A DNA stretch of 47,676 nucleotides, from the NCBI GenBank assembly GCA_964196305.1, contig CAXMSJ010000078.1:1-47676 (forward strand). Reading direction: 5' to 3'. Position 1 is the stretch's first letter. Each line of letters begins with the position of its first letter. This document shows positions 46,354 through 47,676 of this stretch, piece by piece. Under the pieces are notes generated by a model. That model saw only the letters and a list, made by a program, of their open reading frames with translations. It ran no database searches and had not been told where the DNA came from. This DNA comes from an uncultured Acidimicrobiia bacterium (GTDB lineage Bacteria > Actinomycetota > Aquicultoria > CAJVYJ01 > JAUVQD01). Position numbers and translations under genes: made by a program.

Positions 46354-46943
46354 AGATCCCGGCGACCCTCGAGCGCCTTGCCAATGGTCATCTCGTCAGC
46401 ATATTCGATATCGCCGCCAACGGGGATACCGCTGGCAATACGAGTGGTCTTGACTCCCAGCGGCTTAAGCAGCTTTGAAAGATACATCGCCGTCGCCTCA
46501 CCCTCCATGTTGGGGTTGGTGGCGACGATGACTTCTCTAACCGGGGACTCCTTGAGGCGCTCCAGCAACTCGGCTATTTTGAGCTTTTCCGGACCCACCC
46601 CTTCCATCGGCGACACCGCGCCGCCAAGAACATGGTAAAGACCGTGATATTGCCCGGTTCGCTCAATGGCGATAATGTCTTTTGCTTGTTCGACGACACA
46701 GACAATCTCTTGTGAGCGACGGTTATCTACGCAAATATCACAGAGCTCAGCCCCGCTGATGTTAAAACAGCGCCGACATAATTTGATCTGTCTAACACCC
46801 ATAATGGCGTTGGCCAGGGCCCTGGCCTCTTCGGGCTGGTCGAGGATGTGCAGCGCCAACCGCTGAGCGGTTTTAGCGCCAATGCTAGGCAGCTTCTGAA
46901 GCTCAGCGATCAGACTATCGAGTTGTTTAGGATAAACGGACAT
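46350..46943 (-). CDS. recR: recombination protein RecR
   Basis: HhH (LPSIGAKTAQRLA), C4 zinc finger (CRRC...CDIC) and a Toprim domain. Confidence 0.96.
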   Translation of the reverse strand: MSVYPKQLDSLIAELQKLPSIGAKTAQRLALHILDQPEEARALANAIMGVRQIKLCRRCFNISGAELCDICVDNRRSQEIVCVVEQAKDIIAIERTGQYHGLYHVLGGAVSPMEGVGPEKLKIAELLERLKESPVREVIVATNPNMEGEATAMYLSKLLKPLGVKTTRIASGIPVGGDIEYADEMTIGKALEGRRDL

Positions 46944-46969
46944 CGGACTTGGCTATTTCTGGGAGCGGC

Positions 46970-47284
46970 TTAGAGGCCCGGCAGGCCCAGACCGCCCAGA
47001 CCACCGGTGAGCGCGCCCATCTTCTTGGCAGCCGTCTCTTGCGACTGACGTAACGCCTCGTTGACCGCTGCGACCACCATATCTTGAAGCAACTCCACGT
47101 CATCCGGATCAACCGCCTCTGGGTTGATCTCCACCCGCTTTAACTCTTGAGACCCGGTGACTACGGCCTTGATCATCCCGCCTCCGGCTGTAGCCTCGAT
47201 CTCCTGTTCGGCTAGCTCCTCTTGCATGCGCGCCATGTCGGTCTGCATTTTCTGCATCTGCTTCATCATCTTAGCTCGGTTCAC
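46970..47284 (-). CDS. ybaB: YbaB/EbfC nucleoid-associated protein
   Basis: 104 aa. MMKQMQKMQ...GGGMIKAVVTG...VEINPE. Confidence 0.93.
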   Translation of the reverse strand: MNRAKMMKQMQKMQTDMARMQEELAEQEIEATAGGGMIKAVVTGSQELKRVEINPEAVDPDDVELLQDMVVAAVNEALRQSQETAAKKMGALTGGLGGLGLPGL

Positions 47285-47299
47285 GTAGGTATCCCCCTT

Positions 47300-47676
47300 C
47301 TATTCAACAATCTCGGCTCCAAAGCTTTCTTTAAGTAGATCGATCATATCATCTTCGCCGCCGGGGCTAGGCGGAGCAGCCTTCTTGGCCTCGGTGGCCG
47401 GTCGGGTATTCTTCGGCCCCGAAGCGACTATCATGGAAAACGTCACCTTGACCCCCAGGACTTCCACTAGCGCCTCCCGAAACAACCCCGCATTAGGTTC
47501 TTTAGTTATCTCCTGCTGAGCAAAGTTTGATTTGGGCGGAAAGGCCACCACCAACTGACCGTCATCGATCGATTGCGGCTGACCCTCTATCAAGAACGCC
47601 CCGAGCGATAACTTCCTCCGCTTAGTAGCGGCCAATATTTCAGGCCAGGCAAGCTCAATCTCGGCCAGATCGAGTG
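47300..47676 (-). CDS. dnaX: DNA polymerase III gamma/tau subunit, C-terminal part; the gene continues beyond the right window edge
   Basis: The frame stays open to the window edge. Conserved dnaX-ybaB-recR synteny. The C-terminal region resembles tau C-termini (WPEIL...GAFL...). The ORF-track Met at 47635 is internal. Confidence 0.75.
   Translation of the reverse strand, partial: LDLAEIELAWPEILAATKRRKLSLGAFLIEGQPQSIDDGQLVVAFPPKSNFAQQEITKEPNAGLFREALVEVLGVKVTFSMIVASGPKNTRPATEAKKAAPPSPGGEDDMIDLLKESFGAEIVE

Noticed and set aside
1-47676. Mobile elements, prophage or defence islands, CRISPR arrays, and tRNA/rRNA genes
   Set aside because: I recognised no transposase, integrase, Cas or phage-like translations in any long ORF. 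There are no regularly spaced repeat arrays, and no intergenic region is both long enough and shaped like a tRNA. The PIN and TIGR00725 (SLOG-like) proteins lack the partner genes expected of toxin-antitoxin or known defence systems.

Overview
The window is a 47.7 kb, densely packed, chromosomal-looking bacterial segment. GC looks mid-50s % by eye (not computed). I saw no rRNA, tRNA, CRISPR array, transposase or integrase. All protein calls come from reading the supplied translations and recognising family motifs from memory; no database search was run.

Content, left to right:
- a partial DUF2229-type acyl-CoA dehydratase activase-related gene, then apbE
- a heat-shock super-operon, dnaK-grpE-dnaJ-hspR-clpB plus a DUF4870 gene, with a near-consensus promoter
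- a GAF-GGDEF diguanylate cyclase, serS, pheA, a DUF4446 gene and an ABC-2 exporter pair
- 5-formyl-THF cyclo-ligase and an autoregulated-looking ArsR
- polysaccharide deacetylase, nfo, pyrE, YihY, YtxH, ddl, an aminotransferase, a small ferredoxin and lon
- a three-gene envelope cluster ending in a PIN-TM-TPR protein
- trxA-cooT and a LytS/LytTR two-component pair, with TauE and a hydrogenase-like Fe-S sensor carrying a degenerate GGDEF domain
- a STAS protein, then TIGR00725, a CDF transporter, asd, lysC and a four-subunit 2-oxoacid:ferredoxin oxidoreductase
- dnaX'-ybaB-recR at the right edge

Most interesting locus (42011-46353): a single 1135-aa ORF fuses a Mo/W-bis-pterin (DMSO-reductase superfamily, acetylene-hydratase-like) module to a NifS-type cysteine desulfurase. 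It is translationally coupled to an EgtD-type histidine N-alpha-methyltransferase. I read this as an oxygen-independent, metallopterin-dependent ergothioneine pathway, which standard annotation would very likely miss.

Likely host: the hspR-linked dnaK operon together with PFOR, CooT and Fe-S sensors suggests an anaerobic, possibly deep-branching Actinomycetota-like organism. That is inference only.
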